This document shows positions 18,293-27,862 of a stretch of 56,683 bases of DNA, one piece after another (position 1 is the first letter of the stretch; each line of letters starts with the position of its first letter). This DNA comes from Hadesarchaea archaeon (lineage in GTDB: Archaea > Hadarchaeota > Hadarchaeia > Hadarchaeales > JAGGTB01): assembly GCA_021163965.1 (NCBI GenBank), contig JAGGTB010000028.1, forward strand, positions 1 to 56,683, read 5' to 3'. The notes under the pieces were generated by a model. It had not been told where the DNA came from. It made no database searches and saw nothing but the letters and a program-made list of their open reading frames with translations. The position numbers and the translations under genes were made by a program.

Positions 18293-20092
18293 CTAGAATA
18301 TCCAGCTGTTGAACCACCTCAAGTTCTCTCTCCACCCTGCGGAAACTGGGACTCCAGATATAACTGGGTAAAACAACGAGAAAAGGACTACCACCACGGC
18401 AAGGTACGCCAACACGATTAGTTTCCCATGTTTCTTTCTCCAAAGCTTGTTCAGGAAATAGGTGATAGCTAGGATTAGGATGGGAACATTGGGATAAAAG
18501 TGGTACAGGAAGACGCATCTCGAGATGAGCACATATGGGAGCCACTGAAAAAGAAAGATGACGGTGATGAATAAGCAGGCGAAATCCACCTTCGCGTTTT
18601 TGCCCGTGACAGAGACCCCACGCTTTGATAGGGCACCTGTGCCAACCAGAGAATGTGAGAGACTTGGTTTTGCGCTTATTATTTTTAGGGTAATGAGTGC
18701 AGTGATGGAAAATATGCAAAGTGTGCCGACCCACCAGATGGCGGGGTTCCCCATGCAGGTTATGGTTGAGACCATCCCGTCGGGGAGGTATGAGACAAAC
18801 AGCCACACTGGCGTTTTGATCAGAGGCCAACTCCACCATGGTGAGGCAAAGGGATGGGTAGCTTTCAACGTGGAGTGATAACTATACATAGACCACTGCA
18901 TGTTATAGACATCCCCTAGCGAATGACCGACCATCATGTAGGGGACAAAGGTCAACAGGTAGATAACCGCAGCGATTCCGATGAAGGCGACCAACTGTGA
19001 AAAAGGGCCTTGAAGAAACGCTCTACTCCGCCGAATTCCTCTATTGGTTGGCGAAAGCTTCCCCCAGCTAAGCAGGGCGAAGAGGAAGAGTTCCCCCAAG
19101 AACCCAAAGAGAACTATCCACTTCGTCGAGAAGCCCAACGCGAAAAACAGGACTGCCAAAAACAGAAAGTGGGTGGAAGATTTCTTCTGCAATAGTCCCT
19201 GAAAATAGGTGAAGAAGAGGAGGTGTGAGGTGAGCAAAAAGAAGGCGACGAATGTATCGGTCGTTCCTATTCTTCCCATGGTAAAATGCATAAACTCAAA
19301 AACCAAAAGGAAAGAGGCAATGAAAGCGGCAACTCGAGTTCCAAACATCCTCTTACCAAAAATATACATCACTGGTATCATGAGGGTGGCAAATATCACT
19401 CCCATGATCCGCCAGCCGAAGGGACTGTAACCGAAAGTCAAAATCCCTGTGGCGATGATAAGCTTGCCCAGTGGAGGGTGGACACATTCGTATGGTTCCT
19501 CAAGATTTACGTACTCCTCTGCTGTTCTCACGAAGTAAATTTCATCGAAGTATGTTTGGGACATATACGTCGGGGGGTACTCGATCTTCTCCTGCTCATC
19601 GATCAGGTTCCTTATGGCCTCGTCATCACCATCCACGCTGACAATATTTTCAATTGAAATTTTCCTGCCATTCTCCCCCATTACCACTATCTCGGCTATT
19701 TTACCAACTGGATGTTCGAAAACAAATTTTAGGTATTGAGTTTCACGATGAATACTGATTTCTTTCCAGCAGTAATAATCCTCGTGGGAACTTGAAGTGG
19801 CGACATCTATTTTTCCTGTCCAATTGCTAGGAGAGCCGCTATATACCTCAAATTTGCTCGCTGCATTCACTTTCTTAAGCAAAACATTGATCGAGCTAAC
19901 TTTTTCAATATTCCCTAAGTCAAGGTAGAAGCTTTCACCTCCAGAAGCTTGCCAACTGGTTGTTGGGACATTTCTCATACCTAGATCCGAAACAGCCACC
20001 GCAAAGAAGACAAGAGACAGTACAGCTATAATTATCATATCGCGTCTTGTAATCTGCATTTTGGCCTCACGAATCTTCAATGTGGATCCCAA
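18293..20092 (-). CDS. PMT/GT39-like lipid-carrier-dependent glycosyltransferase with N-terminal extracytoplasmic beta-rich domain
   Basis: 599 aa, multi-TM. HPPLGKLIIATGILTFGYSPFGWRIMGVIFATLMIPVMYIFGKRMFG is PMT_2-like. The ~170-aa N-terminal region after the first TM looks like a carbohydrate-binding or discoidin-type domain; that part is an inference. Confidence 0.75.
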   Translation of the reverse strand: MGSTLKIREAKMQITRRDMIIIAVLSLVFFAVAVSDLGMRNVPTTSWQASGGESFYLDLGNIEKVSSINVLLKKVNAASKFEVYSGSPSNWTGKIDVATSSSHEDYYCWKEISIHRETQYLKFVFEHPVGKIAEIVVMGENGRKISIENIVSVDGDDEAIRNLIDEQEKIEYPPTYMSQTYFDEIYFVRTAEEYVNLEEPYECVHPPLGKLIIATGILTFGYSPFGWRIMGVIFATLMIPVMYIFGKRMFGTRVAAFIASFLLVFEFMHFTMGRIGTTDTFVAFFLLTSHLLFFTYFQGLLQKKSSTHFLFLAVLFFALGFSTKWIVLFGFLGELFLFALLSWGKLSPTNRGIRRSRAFLQGPFSQLVAFIGIAAVIYLLTFVPYMMVGHSLGDVYNMQWSMYSYHSTLKATHPFASPWWSWPLIKTPVWLFVSYLPDGMVSTITCMGNPAIWWVGTLCIFSITALITLKIISAKPSLSHSLVGTGALSKRGVSVTGKNAKVDFACLFITVIFLFQWLPYVLISRCVFLYHFYPNVPILILAITYFLNKLWRKKHGKLIVLAYLAVVVVLFSLFYPVISGVPVSAGWRENLRWFNSWIF

Positions 20093-20419
20093 TCTAAAGC
20101 GTATGGTTCTAGATTAATAAAGAACTGGAGGGCATTTTCTTCATCTTATTGGGAGTCATCTTCATCTTATTAGTAGTCACACTTATTGTTGCAGGAGCTG
20201 GGCAACTGTTGATGCAGTTTCAACTCTTGGATTATGATTCATTTGTTGATATTTCTTATTTCTTTTTTGAGGAGGAGGGCCTCGAAGATAGGGAAGTCCC
20301 TCAAGTGAGTGAACGGTGAGTTTATTTTGTCCCATCCTCTGGTAAAAAGTTGAGTTTACTCTAATAAAGCAGCTCCCCTGCGAGGGTAAGCCGCCCCGAA
20401 GGGTTACAACAATCGAAGT

Positions 20420-20770
20420 TTATCCGCCTCGCTGCGCGACGATAAGTGTGACTCCCAGCAGAATAAAGAAGATACCTATCCAGTTAGTTATGTGTACTTT
20501 CTCGCCGAGGAATGTTCCTGCGAATAGTGTTGCCCAGATGTAGGATGTAGCAATTACGGGATAGAGCACCGACAGCGGACCCTTGCTCAAAGCGTAAATG
20601 TAGAGAACAGTAGATATAGCATATATCGCGAGCCCGATGAGCAGATGGTGATTTGTGAGCAGCGCCTTAATATCAAACTCGAGAATATTCGCCCCCAGTT
20701 TAAATTCCAGTTGCCCAACGCCCCCCATAAAAGCGGCCAGCGCGGTTAGTAAGATGATTTTCCAATCCAT
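20420..20770 (-). CDS. Small EamA/SMR-like 4-TM transporter (ArnE/F-like flippase candidate)
   Basis: 116 aa with four predicted TM helices and a single EamA-type repeat. Lies next to the glycosyltransferase genes. Confidence 0.6.
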   Translation of the reverse strand: MDWKIILLTALAAFMGGVGQLEFKLGANILEFDIKALLTNHHLLIGLAIYAISTVLYIYALSKGPLSVLYPVIATSYIWATLFAGTFLGEKVHITNWIGIFFILLGVTLIVAQRGG

Positions 20771-21473
20771 CCATAAACCCTTCTGCCCCTCTGCATTAAA
20801 GCTCTACCGGCTGTTCAATTCTCATCGGTAAAAACCTTGCGTTTGTGCAAAGAAAACTCTCTAAGTAACCACTTAGCTTTATTAAGTTGCCGATTGTTTG
20901 AGCCAGGTTTCTAGGAAGTCTATGAAGTCTTGCTTCTTGAGTTTTGCATTCCTCCGGCATGCTCCCCAGAATATCGTGTTTCTTTGCGCCGTTCAGAGAT
21001 CGATGACAACGATGATCTTCCTGAGCACTACGTAGGGTTGCAAAGCCTTCAGCTCCGTTGTTTGTGCTCTTGACCTCCGGATATCAAGCGAAAGTGAACC
21101 ACTCTCCCCCAGGCTTGGTTTTAGGAGGTACCTCTGCCAACCGCCCTGTAGCTCTAGAGGACGCTACCAAGCTCGACAGAGATAGCAAATGTGCCTATGC
21201 TTAACGTCTAGTCCCAATTGCCGACCTGGGTCATATCCCAAGGACCGGACAGAATTTCCAGACAGAAGAGGCGAAGAAGCCTATGACCAAACGATTCACT
21301 GTTTAGCGTAGCGTCGCCATCGTAGTTTAGATATGCATCAGTTGATATCCACGCATCGATGTCGGATTCCGGTCTTTTCTAGATCTTATGGAGACCTCCC
21401 TTTTGCATTAAAAATCGGGGCAACGAGCAATTTTTAAACAGCTTTTAGCCCCTTTTTAACTTAAGGTGTTCTC

Positions 21474-22697
21474 TTGCACCCCTCTAAGGACATCGTATGT
21501 GCAAGGGGCGACGAGCTGTCTGGGCGGAGGATCGCCCTGTGCATCACGGGAAGTGTTGCGGCGGTCAAGTGCCCAGAGCTCGCGAGGGAGCTAATGCGTC
21601 ACGGGGCTGAGGTCAGGACGGTGATGTCCCGTAGCGCGAGCGAGCTCATATCCCCTCGGCTGATGCACTGGGCGACCGGGGAGGAGGTAGTGACCGAGCT
21701 GACCGGCCGAATCGAGCACGTGGATCTGGCTCAGTGGGCGGATCTAGTTCTCGTGGCTCCCGCTACGGCGAATACCTTGAGTAAAATAGCGAACGCAATT
21801 GACGATACGCCCGTGACCTCCGTGGTTTCCGTTGCGTTTGGCTTAGGGAAGCCCGTGGTCTTGGTCCCAGCGATGCACGCGTCGATGTACAGGCACAAGC
21901 TGCTACAGGAGAATTTAGAGAAACTTAGAAAAGCTGGGGCACACGTTCTGAGGCCCAAGCTGGAGGAGGGCAAAGCCAAAATTTTACCTCCGGATGAGAT
22001 ATTGGATTTCATCATCGCAATTCTCCGCCCCAAGGATCTAAAGGGTAGGCGCGTTCTGGTCACAGCCGGCCCGACGGTTGAACCGCTGGACCCGGTTAAG
22101 ATAATTACCAACAGGAGTTCTGGCAAAATGGGGATTGCTGTCGCCAGAGCCGCAGCTGCTCGTGGGGCTGAGGTCGTCCTAGTCTACGGGCCAGGAACTG
22201 AGATCCCCCCGCCAAACGTTCGCACGGTGAGGGTGGAGAGAACTGCCGAGATGCGTGAGGCCGTCATCGAGGAGCTCAAGAGGGGATGTGACATTGTCAT
22301 CGGGGCGGCGGCTCCGCAGGATTTCGTCGTCGAGAACACCTTTGGGGAGAAACTTAGGCATTCCCAGGCCGTGGAAATAAAACTGGTTCCTGCCCCCAGG
22401 GTGCTCGACGGGGTTCGCGAGTTGGTTCCGAACGCTTTTATAGTGGGATTCAAGGCCGAGGTCGGTGTTTCTGATGAGAAACTTGTGGAGGTCGCAAAGG
22501 AGAAGATGAAAGAGGGTCAATTTGATATGGTTGTGGCGAACGACGTGGGGCGTCCAGGTGCCGGATTCGGCGTAGAAACCAATGAGGTCATAATTCTCAC
22601 ACCTTTCGGGAGCAAGAAGGTTAAGGCGTCCAAAATGGAAATTGCCAACATCATCTTGGATGCGGCTGTCGATAAACTACGAGGGCAAGGGCAATGA
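21474..22697 (+). CDS. coaBC: Bifunctional phosphopantothenoylcysteine decarboxylase / phosphopantothenate-cysteine ligase
   Basis: 407 aa. N-terminal flavoprotein domain (IALCITGSVAAVKCPEL...PATANTLSKIANAIDD) plus a DFP C-terminal domain (VLVTAGPTVEPLDPVKIITNRSSGKMG). TTG start. Confidence 0.92.
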   Translation: MHPSKDIVCARGDELSGRRIALCITGSVAAVKCPELARELMRHGAEVRTVMSRSASELISPRLMHWATGEEVVTELTGRIEHVDLAQWADLVLVAPATANTLSKIANAIDDTPVTSVVSVAFGLGKPVVLVPAMHASMYRHKLLQENLEKLRKAGAHVLRPKLEEGKAKILPPDEILDFIIAILRPKDLKGRRVLVTAGPTVEPLDPVKIITNRSSGKMGIAVARAAAARGAEVVLVYGPGTEIPPPNVRTVRVERTAEMREAVIEELKRGCDIVIGAAAPQDFVVENTFGEKLRHSQAVEIKLVPAPRVLDGVRELVPNAFIVGFKAEVGVSDEKLVEVAKEKMKEGQFDMVVANDVGRPGAGFGVETNEVIILTPFGSKKVKASKMEIANIILDAAVDKLRGQGQ

Positions 22698-23602
22698 TCA
22701 AGGCCTCGGCTTTTGTTCCCGGCCACGTCTCCGGATTTTTCCAAGTTTGCGATGAATCTGAAGATCTCGTCCGTAGAGGATCGAGGAACTGTGGCCCCTG
22801 CATTACTGCTGGAGTGAGGACCGACGTTTTCGTGAGACCTCGTCCCCAAAGCTCCGTGATGGTTTTCATAGACGGAAAGGAAGCTCCCGAGGCCAGGACA
22901 TCGACGAGAGCAGTTGAGATGGTGCTGGAGACGGTGGGGACCTCGCTAGATGTGACCGTCCAGCATAACACCCATGCCCCCATAGGTGCAGGTTATGGTC
23001 TCAGCGGTGCTGGAGCTCTCGGCGCCGTTCTAGCCCTCTCCAAGGCGCTGGGTTTGGGACTCGGGCGCAACGAGGCAGCGTCGGTTGCACACGTGGCCGA
23101 GGTCTCTTGTGGTACGGGGCTCGGGGACGTAGGTGCTCAAGTAATCGGCGGATTGGTAATCGGCTTGGAACCGGGTGCTCCCCCATACGGAAAGTGGGAG
23201 AGAATCGAGGTTCCCGAGGATCTAGTGGTAGTCTGTGGTACCCTCGGGCCGCTAAGGACGGAACGATTCCTGCGGGATCTGGAGTTCAAGCGGCGTTCGA
23301 AGGAACTGGGGGGGAAGGCTCTTGCATCGCTCATGAAGTCGCCAACGCTTCAGAATTTCATGCGGGTGTCCGAGCATTTCTCTCGGGAGGTGGGAATTCT
23401 GGAGGGTGAGCTCTTGGAAATAATTGGAGAGATCTCGAAGTCGACCCCCTTCGGCGCCAGCGCAGTGATGCTCGGGAGGGCAGTATTCGCCCCGGCTAGG
23501 AGGTCGGAGCTTGATCGGGTGAAGGAGATATTCCTGGAATTCTTTGAGCCGGACTCCATTTTCACGGCCGATGTGGACTTCGAGGGAGCTAGGTTGATTT
23601 AG
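22694..23602 (+). CDS. Pantoate kinase (archaeal GHMP-family, COG1829)
   Basis: FVPGHVSGFF start and the GHMP motif PIGAGYGLSGAGALG. Overlaps the coaBC stop by 4 nt (ATGA), so it sits in a CoA-pathway context. Confidence 0.8.
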   Translation: MIKASAFVPGHVSGFFQVCDESEDLVRRGSRNCGPCITAGVRTDVFVRPRPQSSVMVFIDGKEAPEARTSTRAVEMVLETVGTSLDVTVQHNTHAPIGAGYGLSGAGALGAVLALSKALGLGLGRNEAASVAHVAEVSCGTGLGDVGAQVIGGLVIGLEPGAPPYGKWERIEVPEDLVVVCGTLGPLRTERFLRDLEFKRRSKELGGKALASLMKSPTLQNFMRVSEHFSREVGILEGELLEIIGEISKSTPFGASAVMLGRAVFAPARRSELDRVKEIFLEFFEPDSIFTADVDFEGARLI

Positions 23603-24147
23603 AAGCTGTTCCTGTGGACAATCTTTTCCAGCGGGAGTCTTGGTGGCGGAGCGGGCGATTCGGCGGGTTTTCCCAAGGGGATTATCGCTACGGGTTTGAT
23701 CTCCTCTGGGGAGCCGATCACTTTCGAGACTTCCTCATCGTCGAATGCCCCGACCCAGCACGTGCCGTATCCAAGCGCAAAGGCGGCGAGGTGGATGTTC
23801 TGAGCTGCTGCTGCGGTATCTTGGATCGCATACAGGTTCGCCCCACGCCTGCCGTATCGACTTGAGGTGCGGGGGATGTTCGCGCAGACGACTATCACTA
23901 CTGGGGCTTCTGCTACGAATTGCTGACCGAGGGCAGCTCTGGCCAAGCGCTGTTTTGTTGCGGGATCTTTGACGACCACGAACTCCCATGGCTGACAATT
24001 TCCCGCGCTGGGGGCTTTGGTCGCGCTGTCTAATATTCTCATTAAATCGCCATCGGGCACGTCTTCGCTTGTGAATTGTCGAATACTCCTCCTGCCGTTT
24101 ATGGCTTCAAACACGTCCATGGGATCACCTGATGTCAATTTTTCCAC
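23599..24147 (-). CDS. Nitroreductase family protein
   Basis: INGRRSIRQFTSEDVP...ATKAPSAGNCQPWEFVVV...QNIHLAAFALGYGTCWVGAF. Confidence 0.85.
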   Translation of the reverse strand: MEKLTSGDPMDVFEAINGRRSIRQFTSEDVPDGDLMRILDSATKAPSAGNCQPWEFVVVKDPATKQRLARAALGQQFVAEAPVVIVVCANIPRTSSRYGRRGANLYAIQDTAAAAQNIHLAAFALGYGTCWVGAFDDEEVSKVIGSPEEIKPVAIIPLGKPAESPAPPPRLPLEKIVHRNSF

Positions 24148-24206
24148 ACTCTAATATCTTGGTTTTTATAGAAGTGGTCTCGTAAATAGATAGGCTGGGT
24201 GAACAG

Positions 24207-24455
24207 ATGGATCCGCAGGAATTGGACTGGATCGTTCAGAAGGCATCGGAACTTCTCGTCGACAAAGTGAGAGAAGCCCCTATCACCGAGGGGGATATAA
24301 AGCTGGCATTCGACATATTCGCCGAGCCGAGGCTGAAGAAGATCGCCAGCTCCTTCGAGAGCGAGGAGGAGTACACCGAAGCGGTCAATTACGTCAGGGT
24401 GAAGCTTCACGAAGTTGCACAAAAGTTGAACTCGGAAAATTGGCCGGAAGGTTGA
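24207..24455 (+). CDS. Hypothetical small acidic protein
   Basis: 82-aa ORF with an ATG start and protein-like composition. No recognisable motif. Confidence 0.4.
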   Translation: MDPQELDWIVQKASELLVDKVREAPITEGDIKLAFDIFAEPRLKKIASSFESEEEYTEAVNYVRVKLHEVAQKLNSENWPEG

Positions 24456-24501
24456 GTGCGCTATCGTTTCTAAGTTTCTTGGAAGTCGACGGTTGGAGCA
24501 A

Positions 24502-24705
24502 CTAGAGAGGTATCGGCAATTCTAGGATGAGCCAGTAGAAGAGATACGCGCAGATGGCGGCGATGGCGAGCAGCCCGGCGCCCCACTTTCTGGCTTGAGC
24601 CCTCCAAGCTATGTATCCAAATATGCCCGTTCCGAGGATGATTAATATCAGCAGGGCACCGAATATTATTTTGAGTGCCCACATCCACCATTCCATTAGT
24701 TTCAC
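24502..24705 (-). CDS. Hypothetical small membrane protein (2 TM)
   Basis: 67 aa with two hydrophobic helices separated by WRAQARKWG. Confidence 0.45.
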   Translation of the reverse strand: MKLMEWWMWALKIIFGALLILIILGTGIFGYIAWRAQARKWGAGLLAIAAICAYLFYWLILELPIPL

Positions 24706-25094
24706 CCGTTTTTGGGTATCTAATCAAATATAAAAAATTAACTCATGTGTGGACTATTAGCTCGAAATAAGCAGAATTTCCCTTACGGGCGACTTGTCGA
24801 GCCAGAGAGACCCGCTGGACAGTGGCATAAGTTGTCACTGCGGGAGTTCCTACGTGGCAAGCGCTTTACCTATCGCGGCATCGATGTCTTGGGCCTTCGC
24901 GGGCCCATTCACCTTTAGCGCGCGACATCGTCAGCTTCCCCGCTATTGTGGTGATTGGGCATGGCATACGTGTATCATATGCGCATATCACTCTCCGGGC
25001 GCCAATCGAAGACACCCTCTAGAGGAGCGCAGAATCCGGAACGATTAGCTTTTTATCCGGATTTTCGGAGAGAAAGTGTCGGAAGGATGGGCAT

Positions 25095-25361
25095 ATGGGC
25101 GTCAGAGAAGATATCAGGTGGTTAAGGGATAACAAGGATAGGGCCGGAGTATTCGCGACGATAGCCAGGCGGGCTCCGTGCGGGATGAGGGAGATTAAGG
25201 CCCACCTCAACTTTTCTGATTGGTGGCCTGCCAAGTGCCACGTGGAGGATTTAATTAGCCACGATTTAGTCGCCGAGTCGGAGGGTAAGTACAGACTAAC
25301 GGAAGCCGGAAAGAAGGCGTTTGAGTCCCTGAAGACGGTTCTCGATCTGAGTAGCGTCTAG
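25095..25361 (+). CDS. Winged-helix DNA-binding protein (putative regulator)
   Basis: 88 aa. ...MREIKAHLNFSDWWPAKCHVEDLISHDLVAESEGKYRLTEAGKKAF fits a recognition-helix plus wing pattern. Confidence 0.5.
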   Translation: MGVREDIRWLRDNKDRAGVFATIARRAPCGMREIKAHLNFSDWWPAKCHVEDLISHDLVAESEGKYRLTEAGKKAFESLKTVLDLSSV

Positions 25362-25579
25362 AGAGTTATGGCACGTATGTTTCCGCCTTTTGTGACCACT
25401 ATCTTGTGGCGGGCAACGAGTTTTCCGTCTTGGAGTTCCTCCACGTTCTCGAGTAGGAGGTTCATGTAGTCGTCGAGTTGCTTCAGAATTCCTCGAAACA
25501 CTCTGCCGTCTTTCGCCTGCACTAGTATTTTTTTATTCAGGAGCTCTCGAAGGTCAACAGGTGGTGGTTTTTCCATCAT
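25358..25579 (-). CDS. Sm-like (LSm) archaeal protein
   Basis: 73 aa. LLNKKILVQAKDGRVFRGILKQLDDYMNLLLENVEE...VVTKGGNIRAI matches the Sm1 and Sm2 motifs. Confidence 0.85.
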   Translation of the reverse strand: MMEKPPPVDLRELLNKKILVQAKDGRVFRGILKQLDDYMNLLLENVEELQDGKLVARHKIVVTKGGNIRAITL

Positions 25580-25726
25580 GGATTATCAAAAGATAGTGGC
25601 TCCCCGCGAGGTTTATAACTTTTGCTTTTAGGGTTTTTGGACCATTGACGGTATGAATAATCGATAGTTGATTTTCTCCCATTACTTTCACTCATCTCTC
25701 TCTGAGAAATTCACTTAAAGCGGGGG

Positions 25727-26683
25727 ATGAAGGGAGTCGTGGTGAATGGTGTGGAGGAAATAGAAAAGTTACAGGGAATCGGGCCGGCAATCGCGGAAAA
25801 GCTTCGTTCTTCCGGTTACGACACGCTTGAGAGCATAGCTGTCGCGACTCCTGTGGAGCTAAGCGAGGCGGCCGAAATCGGGGCAAAAACGGCAATACAG
25901 ATAATAAGAGCCGCTCGGGAGCAGGCGGATATGGGGTATGAGAAGGCGACGGAAATCATGGAGCGGCGCAAGAGTGTTGGTCACATCTCGACGGGAAGCA
26001 ATAATCTCGATGAGGTTCTCGGTGGAGGGGTGGAGACCCAAGCGATAACTGAAATCTTCGGGGAGTTCGGGTCCGGGAAGACCCAACTTGCGCACCAGCT
26101 CAGCGTCAACGTGCAGTTGCCCGAGGAGAAAGGAGGTCTCGGTGGAAAAGTGCTCTACATAGATACGGAGAATACCTTCAGGCCTGAGCGGATAGGTCAA
26201 ATGGCTAGGGCAGTCGGTTTGGACCCTGGGGACGCGCTGGAGAATATATATGTGGCACGAGCTTACACGACCGATCATCAGATGCTCTTGGCCGAAAAGG
26301 CGGGGGAGTTGGTCAAGGAGAATTTTGTGAAACTGATTGTCGTCGATGCGTTGATGTCGCTCTTCCGAACGGAGTACTGTGGTCGCGGGGAGCTTGCGGA
26401 GAGGCAACAGAAGCTCGGAAGACACCTCGCGACGTTGCACAAGCTTGCGGAGTTGCATAACCTAGCGGTTTTTGTGACGAATCACGTACAGTCTAAGCCA
26501 GATGTATTCTTCGGGGATCCAACCCGCCCGGTAGGGGGGCACGTGCTCGGACACTCGGCGACAGCTAGGATATACCTGCGGAAGAGCGAGAAAGGCTCGA
26601 GAGTTGCAAAACTTATAGATCATCCGGCACTACCTCCAGAGAGCGCTAGGTTCTACATTTGCAAGGAAGGGATTCGCGACTAG
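25727..26683 (+). CDS. radA: RadA recombinase, paralogue 1
   Basis: 318 aa. N-terminal HhH domain ([26 protein letters not shown]), Walker [10 protein letters not shown], Walker [17 protein letters not shown] is present, but NHVQSKPD replaces the usual NQV. Confidence 0.92.
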   Translation: MKGVVVNGVEEIEKLQGIGPAIAEKLRSSGYDTLESIAVATPVELSEAAEIGAKTAIQIIRAAREQADMGYEKATEIMERRKSVGHISTGSNNLDEVLGGGVETQAITEIFGEFGSGKTQLAHQLSVNVQLPEEKGGLGGKVLYIDTENTFRPERIGQMARAVGLDPGDALENIYVARAYTTDHQMLLAEKAGELVKENFVKLIVVDALMSLFRTEYCGRGELAERQQKLGRHLATLHKLAELHNLAVFVTNHVQSKPDVFFGDPTRPVGGHVLGHSATARIYLRKSEKGSRVAKLIDHPALPPESARFYICKEGIRD

Positions 26684-27277
26684 TTACGGTAGATTGAAAG
26701 TCACGAGAACGTTGTAAAGAGTGTGGCTTAGGATGGCTCCCCCCAATCCGCTCAAGAGATAGCACACCCCGAGAACAATTCCAGAGACAGTCATCGGAAG
26801 AGCTAGCGCAGGATATGCGCCGGGGTTTGAAAGGTGGAATGCGCCGAAGATGATCGAAGAGATAATGAGAGCTATCAGCTTCGAGCGTGTTCTCCGCATT
26901 ATCTCTTCTAGCAGAACTCCCCGGAAGATCCATTCCTCCGCGATTGGCAAGGTGGTGGAGATGATGACGGTCAAGGGAGGGAGAGGTTCTGGCGGCGGAG
27001 GTCTCTGAAATGGGTAGTTTTCCGCACGGGTCTCCACTTTTACTTCCTCTCGGAGCACATCCTCAACTGCGTTTACCAAGTACATGGCGGCGAAGGTGCA
27101 AGCCCCCACGACTATTATCAGCCTGAGCCAGTCCGTCCAGCCCATTTCCTTGAGTTTGGGAACCCAAGACCGCGGAAGAATCCTTCTGAGGTAGTAGGGA
27201 TTCCTCACTATGAGCTCTGCGATCACTATTCCCAAAATAACTCCCGGCGTTAGGAACCTGACGACATCGAGCCACAT
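26684..27277 (-). CDS. CPBP family intramembrane metalloprotease (CAAX protease-like)
   Basis: Multi-TM, with the EEWIFRG motif and FGAFH. Confidence 0.8.
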   Translation of the reverse strand: MWLDVVRFLTPGVILGIVIAELIVRNPYYLRRILPRSWVPKLKEMGWTDWLRLIIVVGACTFAAMYLVNAVEDVLREEVKVETRAENYPFQRPPPPEPLPPLTVIISTTLPIAEEWIFRGVLLEEIMRRTRSKLIALIISSIIFGAFHLSNPGAYPALALPMTVSGIVLGVCYLLSGLGGAILSHTLYNVLVTFNLP

Positions 27278-27282
27278 GGTAA

Positions 27283-27516
27283 TTACATGTGAGGTTTCTT
27301 GGATAACTTCTCATAGCGCTCCTCGATGGGTCTGCTCACCTTGATAGTCCATCGGATCTCCTTCCCAATCCTCCTTTCTACCTTCCCCTCTTCCATCAAG
27401 CGGAAAAGGTCAACTCTCAATCTGGCAATTGGTGCGTCGGTCTTCTCGGATATTTCGTCGATGCTTAGTGGTTCCTCCGCCTGCTTTAGGACCTCCAGTA
27501 TTTTTCTCTTGTACAA
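27283..27516 (-). CDS. Small winged-helix protein
   Basis: 77 aa. ILEVLKQAEEPLSIDEISEKTDAPIARLRVDLFRLMEEGKVER fits the wHTH pattern. Confidence 0.5.
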   Translation of the reverse strand: MYKRKILEVLKQAEEPLSIDEISEKTDAPIARLRVDLFRLMEEGKVERRIGKEIRWTIKVSRPIEERYEKLSKKPHM

Positions 27517-27520
27517 TTTT

Positions 27521-27862
27521 TCACCCCGATTTAATTTCTCCCAATATCTCCAAAATTAACTTCATCGGTTCTAAGATTTCGCACATCGCGCGCGGGCTCG
27601 TCTCCTTTTCGAGCTGGGCAACGAGTTGTCCCAACTTCCGTAGGAGTGGGCGCTCCATCTTGGAAATTGATATCTCCTCCAGCGCTCCTCTTTTTTCTTC
27701 TTCTTTACCTGGGCCTTGGATTTCTTTGTCACACACCGGGCATGTGGGTTTTCCCCCGAGTTCAAACAGAGGGGCCCCACACTTTGGACAATGGGTGGCC
27801 AGCATTTTTCCGCCGGCGAGGAGGACTTCCGCCATCTTCGATATCTTTTTATCTTCCTCCAA
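27521..27862 (-). CDS. UPF0148 zinc-ribbon protein (autoantigen p27 family)
   Basis: MAEVLLAGGKMLATHCPKCGAPLFELGGKPTCPVCD matches the family signature as I recall it. Confidence 0.7.
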   Translation of the reverse strand: MEEDKKISKMAEVLLAGGKMLATHCPKCGAPLFELGGKPTCPVCDKEIQGPGKEEEKRGALEEISISKMERPLLRKLGQLVAQLEKETSPRAMCEILEPMKLILEILGEIKSG

